A DNA stretch of 64,000 bases from the human T2T-CHM13v2.0 reference genome, Homo sapiens: assembly GCF_009914755.1 (NCBI RefSeq), contig NC_060931.1; one strand, given 5' to 3'. The notes beneath the pieces were generated by a model. That model saw only the letters and a program-made list of their open reading frames with translations. It was not told where the DNA came from and made no database searches. Positions 1 to 15,620 of this stretch are shown one piece after another (the first letter of the stretch is position 1; each line of letters starts with the position of its first letter). The position numbers and the translations under genes are program-made.

Positions 1-227
1 TGAATACCATGTTTTGATATGTTGTGTTTTTGTTTTCATTCATCTCAAAGTATTTTTTCATTTTCCTTTTGATTTCTTCTTTGACCCATTGGTTATGAAA
101 TAGTATGTTGTTTAATTTCTACACATTTGGAATTTCCCAAAGATTGCTTCTGTATTGATTTTTAATTTTAGTCCATTGTAGTCAAAGAACATACTTTGTA
201 TGATTTCAGTCCTTTTCACTTACTGAG

Positions 228-540
<313 letters not shown>

Positions 541-900
541 TAATAAGTCTTTTTATTTGTTTGTTTGTTTTTTTAATAGCCAAACACTTGTTCTATTCTG
601 GAGAATTGCTTCTATATACATTTGAGAAGAATGTTCAGTCTGCTCTTTTTGGATGGAGAGTTCTAAGTCTCTATAGTCTCTTAGGTCTAGTTATCTTGTT
701 GTATTGTTCCAATCTCCTATATTTTTGTTAATCTTCTAGCATAGTTATTCTATTAAATATTGAATATAGTGTATTGAACTTGTTCTATTGTTGAATTGTC
801 TATTTCTCCCTTTAATGCTGTCAGCATTTGCTTTGTGTGTTGTGTGGCTCTGTTCTTAATTTCATGTTTTTATGATTAGTCTGTCTTCCTAAGGAATTGA

Positions 901-1338
<438 letters not shown>

Positions 1339-2612
1339 TGCATCCTTTTACTTTCAAACTATTTGTGACTTTGATTCTAAAGTGTATATTTTATAGACAG
1401 CATACAGTTGGATAATTAAAAAAAAATCCAGTCTGCCAATCTATGAATTTGTTAAATGGTAGAATTAATTGATAATTATGTGGTAATTACATTAAATGTA
1501 AATGAGCTAAATAATCTAATTATTGAGATGGTAAAATTGGTTTCCACCATTTTACTATTTGTTTTCTATATTTCCTCTATATTTTTCATTCCTCTGTTCT
1601 TCTATTACTGCCATCTTTTGTGCTAAATAAGTATTTTCTAACATACCACTTTAAGTCCTTATTGTGTTTTTTTGCTATATATATTTTTGAGTTATTTTCT
1701 TAGCAGTTTTCCTGGGGATTGCAACTAACATCTTGAGTTAAAATTCTCTAATTTAGATTAATACCAACTTAATTTCAATAGTTTATAAAATTGTGTTTCT
1801 ACATAGCTCCTCTCCCATTTATGCTATTATTATTACAAATTACATTTTTAGAGATTGTGTGCTCATCAGCATTGATTTTTAAATTATTCTATTATGGAAA
1901 TGCATTTAACTAAAACAGAAAAAGGAATTACAAGAAACACGTACATTTATCTTGTCATTTATATTTCTTTATATGGTAATCTTAACCAGTGCTTTTTGTT
2001 TTATTTCATTATGTGGATTCATGTTACTGTTAGTACTTTTCATTTCAGCTTAAAGACTTCATTTAGTAATTTTGAGGCAGTTCCACTGTCAACAAACTCT
2101 CTCAGTTTTTGTTGAGCTGTGAATATCTTAATCTCTCATTAAATTTTAAAAGATAGTCATTTCTTCTTTATTTCTTCTTTACTGTAGAATTCTAGGCTAG
2201 CTTTTTTTTTTTCTTTTAACCTTTTGACACTTTGTGTATGCCATCCTATTGTGTTCTGGCCTCTGTGATGTCTGTTAAGAAAGCAGCTATTAACCTTCCT
2301 GGAGATTCTTTTTACACTATGAGTCACTTCTCTCATTGCCATCATGATTCTCCCTTTGTCTGAAGTCTTTGACAGTTTGATTATGATTTGTCTAGGTATA
2401 GATTATTTTGTATATATTATACACATAAGGATCTCATTCCTGAATATATACAACATTATTATTTTCTTTCAATCTTTATAACTTTCTTTTTCTTGCCTTA
2501 TTGCACTGGCCAGCACTGGCATTATAATGTTGAATAGAAGAGGTGGTAATGGGGACCTTACTTTTGTTTTTGATATGAAAGGGAAAACTTTAAATATTTT
2601 ATGATTAACATA

Positions 2613-2910
<298 letters not shown>

Positions 2911-3019
2911 ACATATTTTATTATTAACAGAAATATATAGCTTTTATGGACTTGGCATACATTTTAAAATCAGATTAAGAAAGTTCTTTTATATTTTCCT
3001 TTCTAGCTCAATTTTTGAC

Positions 3020-3190
3020 TTTTATTTATTTATTTTTATAAAGAATATATTTAGAGACAGGGTCTTGCTCTGTCACCCAGGCTGGAGTACAGCAGCATGA
3101 TCATAGCTCACCACAGCCTCAAACATCTGGGCTCACATAATCTTTCTGCTTCAGCCTTCTAGTAGGTGGGACTACATGCCCAGCTATTTT
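3020..3190 (-). mobile_element. Alu right-arm fragment (J type)
   Basis: gagacagggtcttgctctgtcacccaggctggagtacag...tcatagctca. Confidence 0.8.
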
Positions 3191-4091
3191 TATAAGCAAT
3201 AATTTTAACATTTTACTATTTTTTCTCACCTTTTCTTTATACTCTTAGTATATTATGTGACATTAAATAATTTTTAAATTTTATTTAAAAAATATTGAAT
3301 TCATGGATAAAGTTGACTTGGTCAAAATTTAATACCCCTTTTATATATCACTTGATTTAATTGGGTAATAGTTACTAAAATTTTGTGGTGATTATTATAT
3401 GAAATTATCTTGTGAATTTTACTTATTGTAACACATTTGCCAGGTTTAATTGTCAAGGAATAATGGCCTCAGTAAGTAACTTGAAAATTGTTTCCAGCCT
3501 GTTTTCCAGAATAGTGTATGATCCATGTAATTTTTACATAGATGTTTCAAAGAATGCCCTAATGAAAGCATTTGGGTCTAAATTTATCAAAACAATTTTA
3601 ATTAATGATTCAATTTCGTTTTACATGTAGAAATTTTTAGGCTTTCTATTTCTTCCTTTTCTTGGTTTATTATGTTTTAAGGGATTTTTCTATTCCATCT
3701 AAATTATTCCATTTCTATGCAGAAATTTGGTGCATAATATACTAAAATTTTATTTTTAATATCTATCTTAAGTGATGTTAGTATTCCTGATACTGGTATT
3801 TTGTATCAAATTATATTAATGTTTCTATTCATTACTATGTTTAAAGTACTCTGTTACTGTCTTAATTTTGCTTATTATAACTTTCCAGTTCTAAAATTTT
3901 TATTTGATTTTTTAAACAGATTTCAATTTTCTAGTATAATTCACCTCTTTTTCCTCTTTTTTGTTCATTTATTAATTAAACTATGTTAAAGTCTATGTCT
4001 GATAACTCCAATATCTATATCACTTGTGGGTTTATTTTTATTTTATTTGTTTTTTATCTTATTTATTTATTTTTTTAAGTGGTATTCCTGG

Positions 4092-4874
<783 letters not shown>

Positions 4875-5734
4875 ACTGATAAATTTTGATTAAATGAAAA
4901 TATTTAGAGTCTCTGGATGATTCTGTTTTACTTCAAAGAGAATTCTCTTTAGCTTTGATATGGAATTAGAATAGATAAAATTATCTCAGAAAATGGGATG
5001 ATCTTACTAAATACGTTTTTTAAAGGGCTTGTCTATTTTTACATTTCCGGAGGCTTCACTGTTCAATGGCCCTGACTGAAAGCCACGTTCATTTGCCAGA
5101 GTCCCAACACCTGAATGTCTGCTTAATGACAGTTTCTGTTATCCCAGCTGGTTATTCCAGGTTTGTTATAAATTTGATAGGTTTAGTTACTTTTTAGATT
5201 CTTAGATTTGTGTCTTGATTTCCCTCTTCAATTATAGACCTGCATTACTCATACATTAATGAACATCTCAAGCATGAGACACCTAGAGTTACAGGGTTTT
5301 TCTTACTTTCTTCCCCCTGGGATATTGGCCTCTCAAGTCCTGTCTGCTCTGGTAGCCCTGAATCTCAATTTTTATCTCTTCCAAAGACTAATAACAGCTT
5401 TGCTTAGCTCCTCTGCCTTTTAGCCATCACTTTCTCCACAACATCATTACTTCTTCTTCCTCATTTTATATGTGTGACTAATATTTCGAGGAAAAACAAA
5501 CAAAACACATGTCTCCTCTCAGTGAGTTTCTTCTTTTTGGGATTTGAATCTTTAATTCCTAGTCTTTAAATAGATTTTTCTGCATTTTATCCAGCTGTTC
5601 CATTGTTTTATGGGCTATTGAAAACAACTCCCATTTTAGCATCAATTTTGATAATAAAGCAAAAGGATAATATAGCACATGGATGGTATATTTGAAGCCA
5701 CAGGTAATATATACATTAACATTTATAAATATTC

Positions 5735-5897
5735 CCCTATCCAGAAAATACTTGAAACTTGAGTTTCCAGTAGACATTTTTTTTTTTGCATAACACATGT
5801 AAACATTTTATGGTACATACTTAGACTTAACATTTATTCATTGTCTATCTGAACTATAAACTTAAGTGGATATTTTGTATTTTTTTCTGGCAATCTT
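5735..5897. mobile_element. MER53-like hAT MITE remnant
   Basis: ttattcattgtctatctgaactataaacttaagtggatattttgtatt...tctggcaatc resembles the MER53 terminal arm. Confidence 0.6.
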
Positions 5898-6434
5898 GCT
5901 CTCTTTAGAAGAATGCATAAACAATAATACACCAGAATAATTATGGTACAAAAGCTGATTGGAGCACTATGGAAAGATTCTAACTAAAAATTATACATGG
6001 ATATTTTTATTATTTAAATATAAGGGAATGGTTTTTTAAAAGTTGATACTCTAAAGACTTAAAGGTTAAAATTTTATGACATAAGTGTGGAAACTTTCAT
6101 GATAAATGTGCTAGCTGAATTTGAAAGATAGGAGAATATGGATGTAATAGAAACTAATGTAAAGGAAATTAAGTACCCAGTAGATCTTAAATTCTGTTTT
6201 CTCTTATATTTATCACATACAACAGAATTAAAAGTGCGGAATATTAAATTAGCGCTGCCAGTGATAAACTTGAGAAATTGTTCTACTGTGTAGATTAGAA
6301 GCCATTGACATGATGAGTAAGAGAATGGTATACAATGTAGAGGATGGAGAGATACATTTAAAATTTATAGCTTTTCCTGTGGGTCAGAGATGTGGAACAT
6401 GAAAAAATGAAACAAAAACTCTACTGAAAAAGGT

Positions 6435-7570
6435 ACTGAGTTGTGGCTTTTGGTACAACATTTAAAGAGCTTGCAAGTTGTCACTTTCATTTTCACAACA
6501 GGAAAATACCTTAAAAACTAAAAATTATCAACTCTTCTTAGATCCCTCAGAGATTTGAGGTCAGAAAGCAAACTGCTACCCCAGTACTAGAGAGACAGTC
6601 AGGGGACCCCCTACACCCATGGGTTCATATCCATGGATTCAACTAACTGTGCCACAAAATATTCAGAAAAAAAGGGATGATTCTGCCGGTACTGAACATG
6701 TACAGACTTTTCCTGTTGTTAGTATTCCCTAAAAAATACAGCATAACCACCGTTTATATAGCATTTACATTGCATTAGGTATTATAAGTCATCTAGAAAT
6801 GATTTAAAGTATTTGGGAAGATGTATGTAGGTTATAAGCAAATTCTACAGTATTTTATATAAAGGACTTGAGCATCTGTGGATTTTTAGTATCCAAAGGG
6901 AGTCCTAGACCCACCCCCCATGGATATAGAAAAACGACTGTACTAGAAGGAAGCCCAGGACTGTGAATCAGGAGACCCAGAAGCAGAAGTCACCATATGA
7001 GGCCAGGATCAGTAGGAACACATCCGCTATAATCAAAAAGTGATGTAGGCTCAGTGTGGACTAACTTGAAAGTAGCCTTGGGGGCTCCTCACTGATGAGT
7101 ATTACCTACAGGAACCCTACCAGATTCTCCATGTGAAGACAGGGGAAAAATCCTTTCGTGCTTTCAGCAGGAGTTAATTATATAGAAGTATGCCCAGACC
7201 TCTGTAAGCATTAGAAAGACCAGCCCAAAGGGGAAACTGCTTTTCCAGAGCCTAACTGACCTGGGAAAAGGGAAATGCCCAGCTCAGGCTCTAGAAGACT
7301 GAGACATGATTGTGGGAATATAGAACTCTTCCCCTCAACCAACTCCTCACCACCACATCAGTGGTGCTCCTGTGTAATAACCAGGGACTAAGAGAACTAC
7401 AAGCCTCAGACTCTATTTAAGATGGAATCTCTAGGCAAACCCAAAGACAACTGGGTATAAACAGAAGGACACTAGAACTAACACCACTGAGACAGCCACC
7501 AGTAAGCACAATATAACTTCTAGTCAGATAAACTCAAACCTCACACTAAAAGCCCAAATAACAGCTTAAC
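6435..7570 (+). mobile_element. Probable old L1M 5' region
   Basis: Resembles L1M 5'-end sequence (aactcttcttagatccctcagag...gcaaactgctacccc) and adjoins the L1MC ORF2 block. Split by MER2. Confidence 0.45.
6596..6940 (-). mobile_element. MER2 (Tigger-family MITE)
   Basis: cagtc...gactg ends followed by TA; gtactgaacatgtacagactttt and gcatttacattgcattaggtattataag...tctagaaatgatttaaagtat match MER2. Confidence 0.88.
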
Positions 7571-7579
7571 AATAAAGAA

Positions 7580-10330
7580 ATAGACATCATCCAAACTATG
7601 CTGTCAAACCACAATGGAATTAAACTAGAAATAAAAAATAGAAGGATAGCTTTAGAAATCCCCAAATATTTGGACATTAAATAACCTATTTCTGGGTAAC
7701 ACACACGTTAAAGGAATCAGAAAAGAAATTACAAAAATTAAGCTTCAATGAAAATGAAATTTAAACCTATCACAGTTTGTGGAATACAGCAAAAGTTGTG
7801 CTTAAAGGAAAATTCATGGAATTTGATGCATCTGTTAGAAAAGATTAGAGACCTAAAATAGATAATCTAAGCTTATATGTTACTAAACTAGAGGGAGAGG
7901 AGCAAATTAAATTGAAAGTAAGTAGAAGAAAAGAAATGATAAAAATTAGTGGAGAAATCAATAAAATTATAAAAAGGAAAATAATAAAGAAAAATCAATG
8001 AAACTAAAAGCTGAAATCAATGAATTAAAAGATGAAATAAATAAAATTGATAAACTCCTAGTGAGATTATCCATGAAAAAAAGAAAATACAAATTACTAA
8101 TATCAAAAACCAAAGATGTTATCCTTACTACTCTCATGAACATTAAAATATTAATAAGGAAATATTTTGAGCAACTCTATGCCCACATCTTTGATAACTT
8201 ACTTGAAATGGGCCAATTCCCTGAAGACACAATTTACCCAAACACATACAAGGAGAAATAGACAATCCAAATAGGTATATATCATTGAAAGAAATTGAAT
8301 CAATAACTAATGACCATAAAAGCAAAAGCACTAGACTTAGGTGATCTCACTGGTGAATTCTACCATTTAAGAAAGAAATGATATCAATTTACTGCAATGT
8401 CTTTTAGAAAATAGATACAGAACAATTATGGTTAACTGTTTTTATGAGGCCAGCATTATCATAATACTGAAACCAGACAAGGGCATTACAAGAAAGGAAA
8501 ACTATAGCCTAGTATCTCTTATGAATATACATGCAAAAATTTTCAACAAAGTATCAAATTGAGTCTAACAATGTACGAAAAGAATTATATACTATGACAA
8601 AGAAGGACTTATTCCAGATAGGCAAGGTTCGTTCAATTTTTGAAAATCAATTAATATAATCCATTACAACAATAGAATAAAAGGAAAAGATGGTTTGATC
8701 CTATTAACAGATGCATAACAACATTTTTCACAAAAGCCAACACTTATTCATGATACTAACTCTCAGCAAACTAGGAACAGAAAGGACATTCCTCAACTTG
8801 ATAAAGAACACTGTAATAAACCTTCAAGTGATATACTAAATCATGAGAAGCTAGCTACCTTTCTCCTAAGTTTGGGAACAAGATGTCCTCTCTCTCCATT
8901 CTTACCTCAATACTCTGCCAGCAAGCAGTCCTACGTAATGCAATAAGAGCAGAAAAGGGAGTTAAAATCACACAGATTGTGAAGGAATAAATAAAACTGT
9001 TATTGCTTATAGATGACATGATTATATATGTAGAAACTCCCAAAGAATTGTCAAAAAAATACTCCTAGAACTAATAGCCATTTATATCAAGGTTTCAGGA
9101 TACAACGTTAATATAGAAAAGTCATGTTTCCCTATATATCTACAATGAATAATTGGAATTTGAAATTTTAAAAACATATCATTTACATTAACAATCCCCA
9201 AAATGAAATACTTAGCTATAAATCTAACAAATTATGTGAGGAAAACTACAAAATCCTAATGAAATAAATAGAAAAAGCTCTAAATAAATAGATATTCCAT
9301 GTTTTGGGGTAGAAAAACTTAACATCAACAAGATATTGGTTCTTCCCAACCTGAATGTTAGGTTTAACACAACCCCAATCAAAATCCCAGTGTTACTTTG
9401 TGGATATTAACAAACTGATTTTCAAGTTTATGTGGAAAGACAAAAGATCCATGATAGGCAACACAGTATGGAAGAACAAAGTCTGAAGACTGACATTACC
9501 TGACTTTAAGATTTACTATAAAAGCACAGTAATTCCCAGAGATAGCCCCACATCAATACAGTCAACTGATATATGACAAAAGAACAAAGGCAACCATGTG
9601 GGCAAATAATCATCTTTGCAACAAATGGTGCCAGAACAAATGGACATCCACATGCCAGACAATGAATCTGGGCACTTAACTTATACCTGTGACAAAAATT
9701 AACTCCAAGTGGATCTATGACCTGATTGTAAAATACAAATTATAAAAGTTCTAGAAAATAACATAGGATAAAATCTAGGTGACCTTGGATGTGACAATGC
9801 CTTTTTAGAGACAATATCAAAAGCATGATCCATAAAAGAAAATGTTGGTAAGTTTGACTTCATTAAAGTACATTTCTGCTCCTGCAAAAGACACTGTTAA
9901 GACATTAAAAAGTCAATCCATAGACTGGGAAAAAATTTTGCAGACCCATGTCTCATAAAAGACTTGTATATGAAATACATAAAGAATCCTTAAAATTAAA
10001 CAATAAGAAAACACAGAGTTAAAACATGGGTGAAAGATATGAACAGATGTATCACCAAAGAAGACAGATGCAAATAAGTTCATAAGATGCTCAACATCAT
10101 ATGTCATTGGAAAATTGCAAATAAAAGCAACAATGCAATGCATCTATATAGCTAATAGAATGAGTAAAATACAAAACACTGACAATACCAAATGTTGACA
10201 ACAGTGTAGAGCAATAGGAACTCTCATTTGCTGCTGATGGGAATTCAAAATGGTACAACCACTTTGGCAGACAGTTTGGCAGAATCTTATAAAACTAAAT
10301 ATAGTCTTCCCACCTGATTCAGCAATACAT
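7580..10330 (+). mobile_element. L1MC-type ORF2 remnant (sense to ABCA13)
   Basis: A-rich decayed ORF2 (ORF 7998-8261 KIDKLLVRL...YFEQLYAH); gagcaataggaactctcatt...aaatggtacaaccactttgg is typical of L1MC. Confidence 0.85.
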
Positions 10331-10334
10331 ATTA

Positions 10335-10791
10335 ATAAAAAAACAGTTTGATTATGTATGTAGACACAGGAGTTTCACACAAAAAATAAGACTCAAGGAG
10401 CTGCCCAGATGATTGAGGCTTATGTACCATATAAGGCTAAACAAAGCAAAAGGGATTTGGGGATTCTGGGCAGGGGAGGCCAGCTATGGGAAGGTGAGGG
10501 GAGGAAATGTATGGTGGACTAGGGTTGTCTCATTATGCAGATAAGAGTCTCTCCAGTTCAGAGTTTTCTGGGAAAGTAGCTCTCTTTCTGGTAGGGAGAC
10601 ATCTTTACAAATGAAAATTTCCTTTGTAAATGTGAATTTCCTTTTCAAAAGAAGACATTTATACTGAATTTTTAGGCAGTTAAGGAGAGATAAAGAGCTT
10701 TTCCTTTGTCCTCTGGTTCTCAGTTGCCTTTAGCTCAAAATAATCCATATGCCAAAGAGGCCTATTTTGGGGTGACTTCTTGTATTCTTCA
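10335..10791 (-). mobile_element. MER34-family (ERV1) LTR, partial
   Basis: ttgcctttagctcaaaataatccatatgccaaagaggcctattttggggtg...ttca is the reverse complement of the MER34-type LTR start. Confidence 0.65.
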
Positions 10792-10941
10792 CGTCTCATG
10801 AAATGAACCTATTATTGTGAAATGAACTAATTGTTTTAAATAAACTGCAGTGGACTTGTTATTGATGAGCCACATTTTAAAAATGGGTTGGTGCCAGTTT
10901 GGGAAACTGCTGTTCTCAGCCTGTGCTGCTTCTCTCTGCAG

Positions 10942-11092
10942 AGACGCCGTGGACCTGTCTTCTGCTGGCACGGCAGGCGTGCTCATTGGCTACTGTCCCC
11001 AGCAGGATGCCCTGGACGAGCTTCTGACTGGTTGGGAACATCTCTATTATTACTGTAGCTTACGCGGGATTCCAAGGCAGTGCATCCCTGAG
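10942..11092 (+). CDS. ABCA13: ABCA13 coding exon (151 nt, phase 2 to 0), NBD2 Q-loop region: [50 protein letters not shown]
   Basis: Acceptor ttctctctgcag| ends 10941 and donor GAG|gtaaat starts 11093. Contains the ABCA-family IGYCPQ Q-loop. The peptide matches my recollection of human ABCA13 and joins the next exon in frame. Confidence 0.96.
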
Positions 11093-12719
11093 GTAAATCT
11101 CCCTGGGGTCTTCTAGATAAAGGGACCCATTGAGGAATGCTTGGTGACCACCTCTGGCTCCAAGGCAGCTCTCTCACCCTATGAGGAGAAGGAACTGTAG
11201 TATCAGATAAACTTACCTGCAAGAGATTTTCTAATATGATTATACTGAAGAAAACATTAAATATATTTCCCTTATTTTACATTATATATTTAAAAGGTAT
11301 CTGTGTGAGGCAGTCATGTGGTCGGAGTTAAAGCATAAATACATCATTTATAACTTTGTATCCCCCTTGCTCTTTTCTTCCTCTCTAAATGCCTTTTACA
11401 TTTATTGAACTACAAACTTGTATTCAGGAAGAAATATCACAAACTCTGTATTTTCAGGGCTTGTGAAAGTGTGGGCACAAATTATGTGTGGAATCTGGGG
11501 GACTGCTGGAAGGAATGACTTCCTGATGAGTGGGCGGACAGATTCCTCCTGCCAGGGGATTCCTTCTGCCAGGGGATTCCTTTCTGGGTGGTCTTAGGGG
11601 AATGAAGGAGTGGCAGAAACTGAGACCCCCACCTCCATCACTGCCTGTGACAGGAGAGAGGCAGGTGGAGCAGTGAGAGAGCAAAAGACAGCTGCCACTT
11701 CTTCTGTGTGAGTAGAGGTCAGCGAAGCAGAGCGGACAGCCTTGATTGACAGCTCAGGATGTTGTACCGTGAGCCACCAAAATTGCAGTTACTTAAGCAC
11801 ATTTTTACCTTTTCTGCACCTCATTATAGAAAGTCTGGGGTGCGTGCTCCTCAGATTTCTGGATTCTGAACTAGAAGCAGAAATAAGTGGCTTATATTAT
11901 GCGTTTGCAATTAGATTCTGCGGGAGAGGGAAAATTCTAGGACTCACAGGAGACAAAACTAATAGCCTTCGCCTTCACTGGTCCATGAACGTTCATTCTC
12001 TGTTCTGTTTTTATAATGCTTCAGCATTTGTTTCTTATTTATGCTTTCTAACTTTAAGTGAAACTAAACAGAATGTCTGCACCTCATTGTAAGGACTCTG
12101 GCCCCTTTTCCCATCTCCCGTCTTAATAAAGCAAAGATAACTGACCACCCCACAGAGACCTGCTGGTTGTAGTTAAACAGTTATTGGCATCCGTGGCTAA
12201 TTGTTGGATCAATTTTTAATCGGTGTTTATCTCTGTCAGCTCCTCTTTGTTAGTTTTTGATGAAAGAGGCGGGTGCTTGGCAAAGGCTTTAAGCTGGCAC
12301 TTTTGTTTTTCGAGGGAAACATGCTTATGAAAAAGCTCTCGTTAATGTAGGTCGGTGCTTTCTGTCATTCAGGGCAATTGTGTCTTGATATTCATCTGTC
12401 TTACAACTTTGTTTTTCTGAATTGTTCTACCAATAAAAGTTATTTAAATGGTAACCAATTAGGAACTGCCTTCATTTCCTTTATAAAACTGTAACTGATT
12501 TTGCAGACAGTATTGCTACTTGCTCTTGTTTCTAAGATGTCTGCACACTTTTGCATCTGTTTCCAAAGGAGTTAGCTCCTTTTCTGGAAACAAATTTTCT
12601 TTTCTATATATTTTGGGAATATTTAAGTTATAGAACAGGCATATCCATTTTGAGGTGCTTATCACAAGATGTCCAGAAAGAATTATTATAAAATAATGGA
12701 AAATAAAGTTTTATCTTTC

Positions 12720-12960
12720 AGTATTTATTCCACATCAGGTACTGTTCTAAGTATTTTACAGCAACCATATGAAGTAGATGCTTATTCCCATTTTACAAAC
12801 TGAGAAATTAGACACAGTTTAATTGAGACACAGAGACACAGGAAAACTGAGACACCAGAGAAATTAGGCCACTTGCCCATGTTCACATGGCTAGTATTTG
12901 GCAAGGTTTTACTTTGAAACCATATAAACCAGCTCCAGGGTACAAGTTCTTGACTAAGAC
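12720..12960 (-). mobile_element. MIR
   Basis: cccattttacaaactgagaaa...acttgcccatgttcacatggctagt core. Confidence 0.7.
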
Positions 12961-15039
12961 ATTACTCTGACACTTAGTTTATTCAGGCTGTTAGTTGTAT
13001 AAGATGGAATTTCTGGTGGTATTAACAGTTCAGTCTTATTTTTATAACCCTGGGATGGCCAAAGAAGTGGAAACTGTGTGGGGTTAGTGCATGACTTCTC
13101 TAACATGGGGCTCCTCCTGCTGCCTGGCTTTCCATTGGTCTGGAGTTGGACTCAACATGTGTGCCTCACCTCCAGGCTTTCAGAACTCATAGATATGGGG
13201 GTAATCTTTAGACACATCTGCTGCTCACCTTAGTTGTTTTCTTCAGGCTGCCATCTATTTTCATTGTAACATGGAGAGCCACCATTGTAAGCTCTATGAT
13301 TCTAGTGCAAGACCCTCTGTGCTTGCGGGGAGGCTCCTTTGTTCAGCCTTACAGTCCCCTCTCCTCCCTCCCGGGGACCCTCAGAGCCCATGCCATGGCT
13401 GAGCCAGTCCACCTGTGCTCCACTTGCTGGTCATTTCTAAGTATGGTCAAATTGCTCACTTCCTCAACCTTTCAAAAGTTTGATGAGGTAAGAATAAGAT
13501 GCCACTTCATAAAGCTTGAACTTAGGTTTGACAAGTTAACAATGATTTTCAAATTTCCCATGATTTACACTGCACAAAACTGTGCAGTGTACATATTTGA
13601 GCCTCAATTTAATTAACCTTGTAAAGCATGTTATATTAAGTTATATCACTTGGTTATTACCAAATGATGCAAGAGATGAGGGCTACATAGTCTGGGATGC
13701 TAGAGAAAATGTGTCAGAGTTCATCATGCTAGGTAGTTTCAATGTTAGTGTCATACCATAACAAACAACCAGTACTTCTAAATGGGAAGAGATTTGGCAA
13801 ATTCTGTGTTTTAGTTTTCCCTGGTATAGAAGAGGTATGGCCCCTCATCATCTTAGTTTTGTTAATACCTGCACATTCCTACCAGGGACTGTCCCTACTG
13901 TGTCTTGCTTCCCCTTATCTTCTGTAAAGACATGACTTTTATATTTAAGTTTTCTTCCATTCACACAGTCAGTTTAGCTAGAAGGAGCTAGAATTTATAA
14001 GATAGTAGGAATGGGGACAGGAGGTCATCTTCAGAGGAAGGGCCAGGATAAACATTTCCATCTGAAATCCTTGGTTCCCTTTCCCTACTTTACGACTCAT
14101 TTTGGTCTTTAATCTCACAGAAATGTTGACCTGGCCATTATGTGTGCTAGTGGAAACACTTTGGCTTTGGAGTCTGATAGATGTATGTGTGAATCTCAGG
14201 GCAATTTATTTTGGCTCCAGTGATGTTTATGGAAGTCCTACTATGTGCCAAACATGAATAAACACTGGGGATTTCCATCCCAGTGCATATCCCATTGAGA
14301 TTCATCCCAAAACCAATGCATCCGCAAACGAAAGCATCCCAAAACAAATGCATCCCAGTAACTTGCCTGAAGTATGGTACAATTTCTAGAGCTTCATGAG
14401 AGAAAAATACCAAACCTCAGAGAGAGATTCTGTGAACTTTTGACATTTCGGGATTTTAGGCAGTATTTTGCCAACTGAGATTGCTAAGGCATTGCTTTTG
14501 CCATTACTTTGACAGTATTGCTGAGTGCAGAAAAGACTACAGCAAAATACTTCTTATTAGGCTATTTTCAGTTATTTTCTGACAACATGACATTCAGAAA
14601 ACATTGGATCAAACTAATACATTTGTTCCTGTATACTCTGGAATCTTTCCTATGGTTAACCAATCCAGAATTTGCAGGCTGCAATATTTAACCTTTTGTG
14701 AAATTGGGAAAACATGACATATGTTTCCTAACTTCATAAAAATATGCAATAATAATTTGGCAAGTTTATTCAAAATGTAACTTGCATTCTCAGGTGCATT
14801 TCTCCAGAACCAGGTACATATATTATTATTTTTATTTCATTTGTCAGTTTATCAGTTTTCTTTTATGTATGGCTAATCTTTGAATAACATGGATGAGAGT
14901 AACTAAACATTTCTTTCTAATACATGCACACATACACACATTTTCATTCTCTTTTTCTTGTAATATTTATAGATCTAAAAATAACCAAAACAATCATTAT
15001 CACAATTTGTCATTTTTGCCAGCCTCACCACTGTTAGTA

Positions 15040-15620
15040 CAGCAGGTCCCCAAATAACATTGTTTAGTTCAACATTGTTTCATTACAATGATGAGAAAAG
15101 TAAAATTGATTTTCTGCCAGGACCACTGTCGGAGAGGAGTTTGCACGCTCTCTCCATGGCTGCATACATTTTCTCCAGGTACACTTGTTTTCTGTCATGT
15201 CCCAAAGCTGTGTACATTAGTTTCTTTGGTGTGTCTATATTGAGCCCATGTGGGTGAGTATATGTGGGCGTGTGAGTGTACCCTCGATGGAATGGCATGC
15301 TGTCCAGGGCTGGTTCCTGCCTTGTGCACTGAGCTTCCAGGATGGGCTCTGACCACCCTCAACCCTGAACTGGAATAATTGGGTAAATCATGTTTTTGTT
15401 AATCTTTCACAAATATATGTGTAGCTCACATTTATTTCAGTGTTTGCTATTAGAAGTTTTTTTTTATTTAGAAGTTTGGAGATGTTTTTGTGACCAGACA
15501 TATGACATAGGAACTTTTATTTCTACCAATCAGCTTATGGTAAAATTGGTTTCATTAAATGTTGATTCGGTTAAAGCGGTCTCCAAGAACATATAGATGA
15601 CATTAAGTAAGGACTTTTTT
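15040..15620 (+). mobile_element. MER6A (Tigger MITE carrying a V-SINE-related domain)
   Basis: TA|cagcaggtccc..aataac start; ggagtttgcacgctctctccatgg...ttttctccaggtac core; ends ...ttaagtaaggactt; about 580 bp. Confidence 0.85.

Noticed and set aside
14267-14276. Perfect NF-kB consensus GGGGATTTCC
   Set aside because: A single degenerate 10-mer is expected by chance in 64 kb, so it is not called as a regulatory feature.
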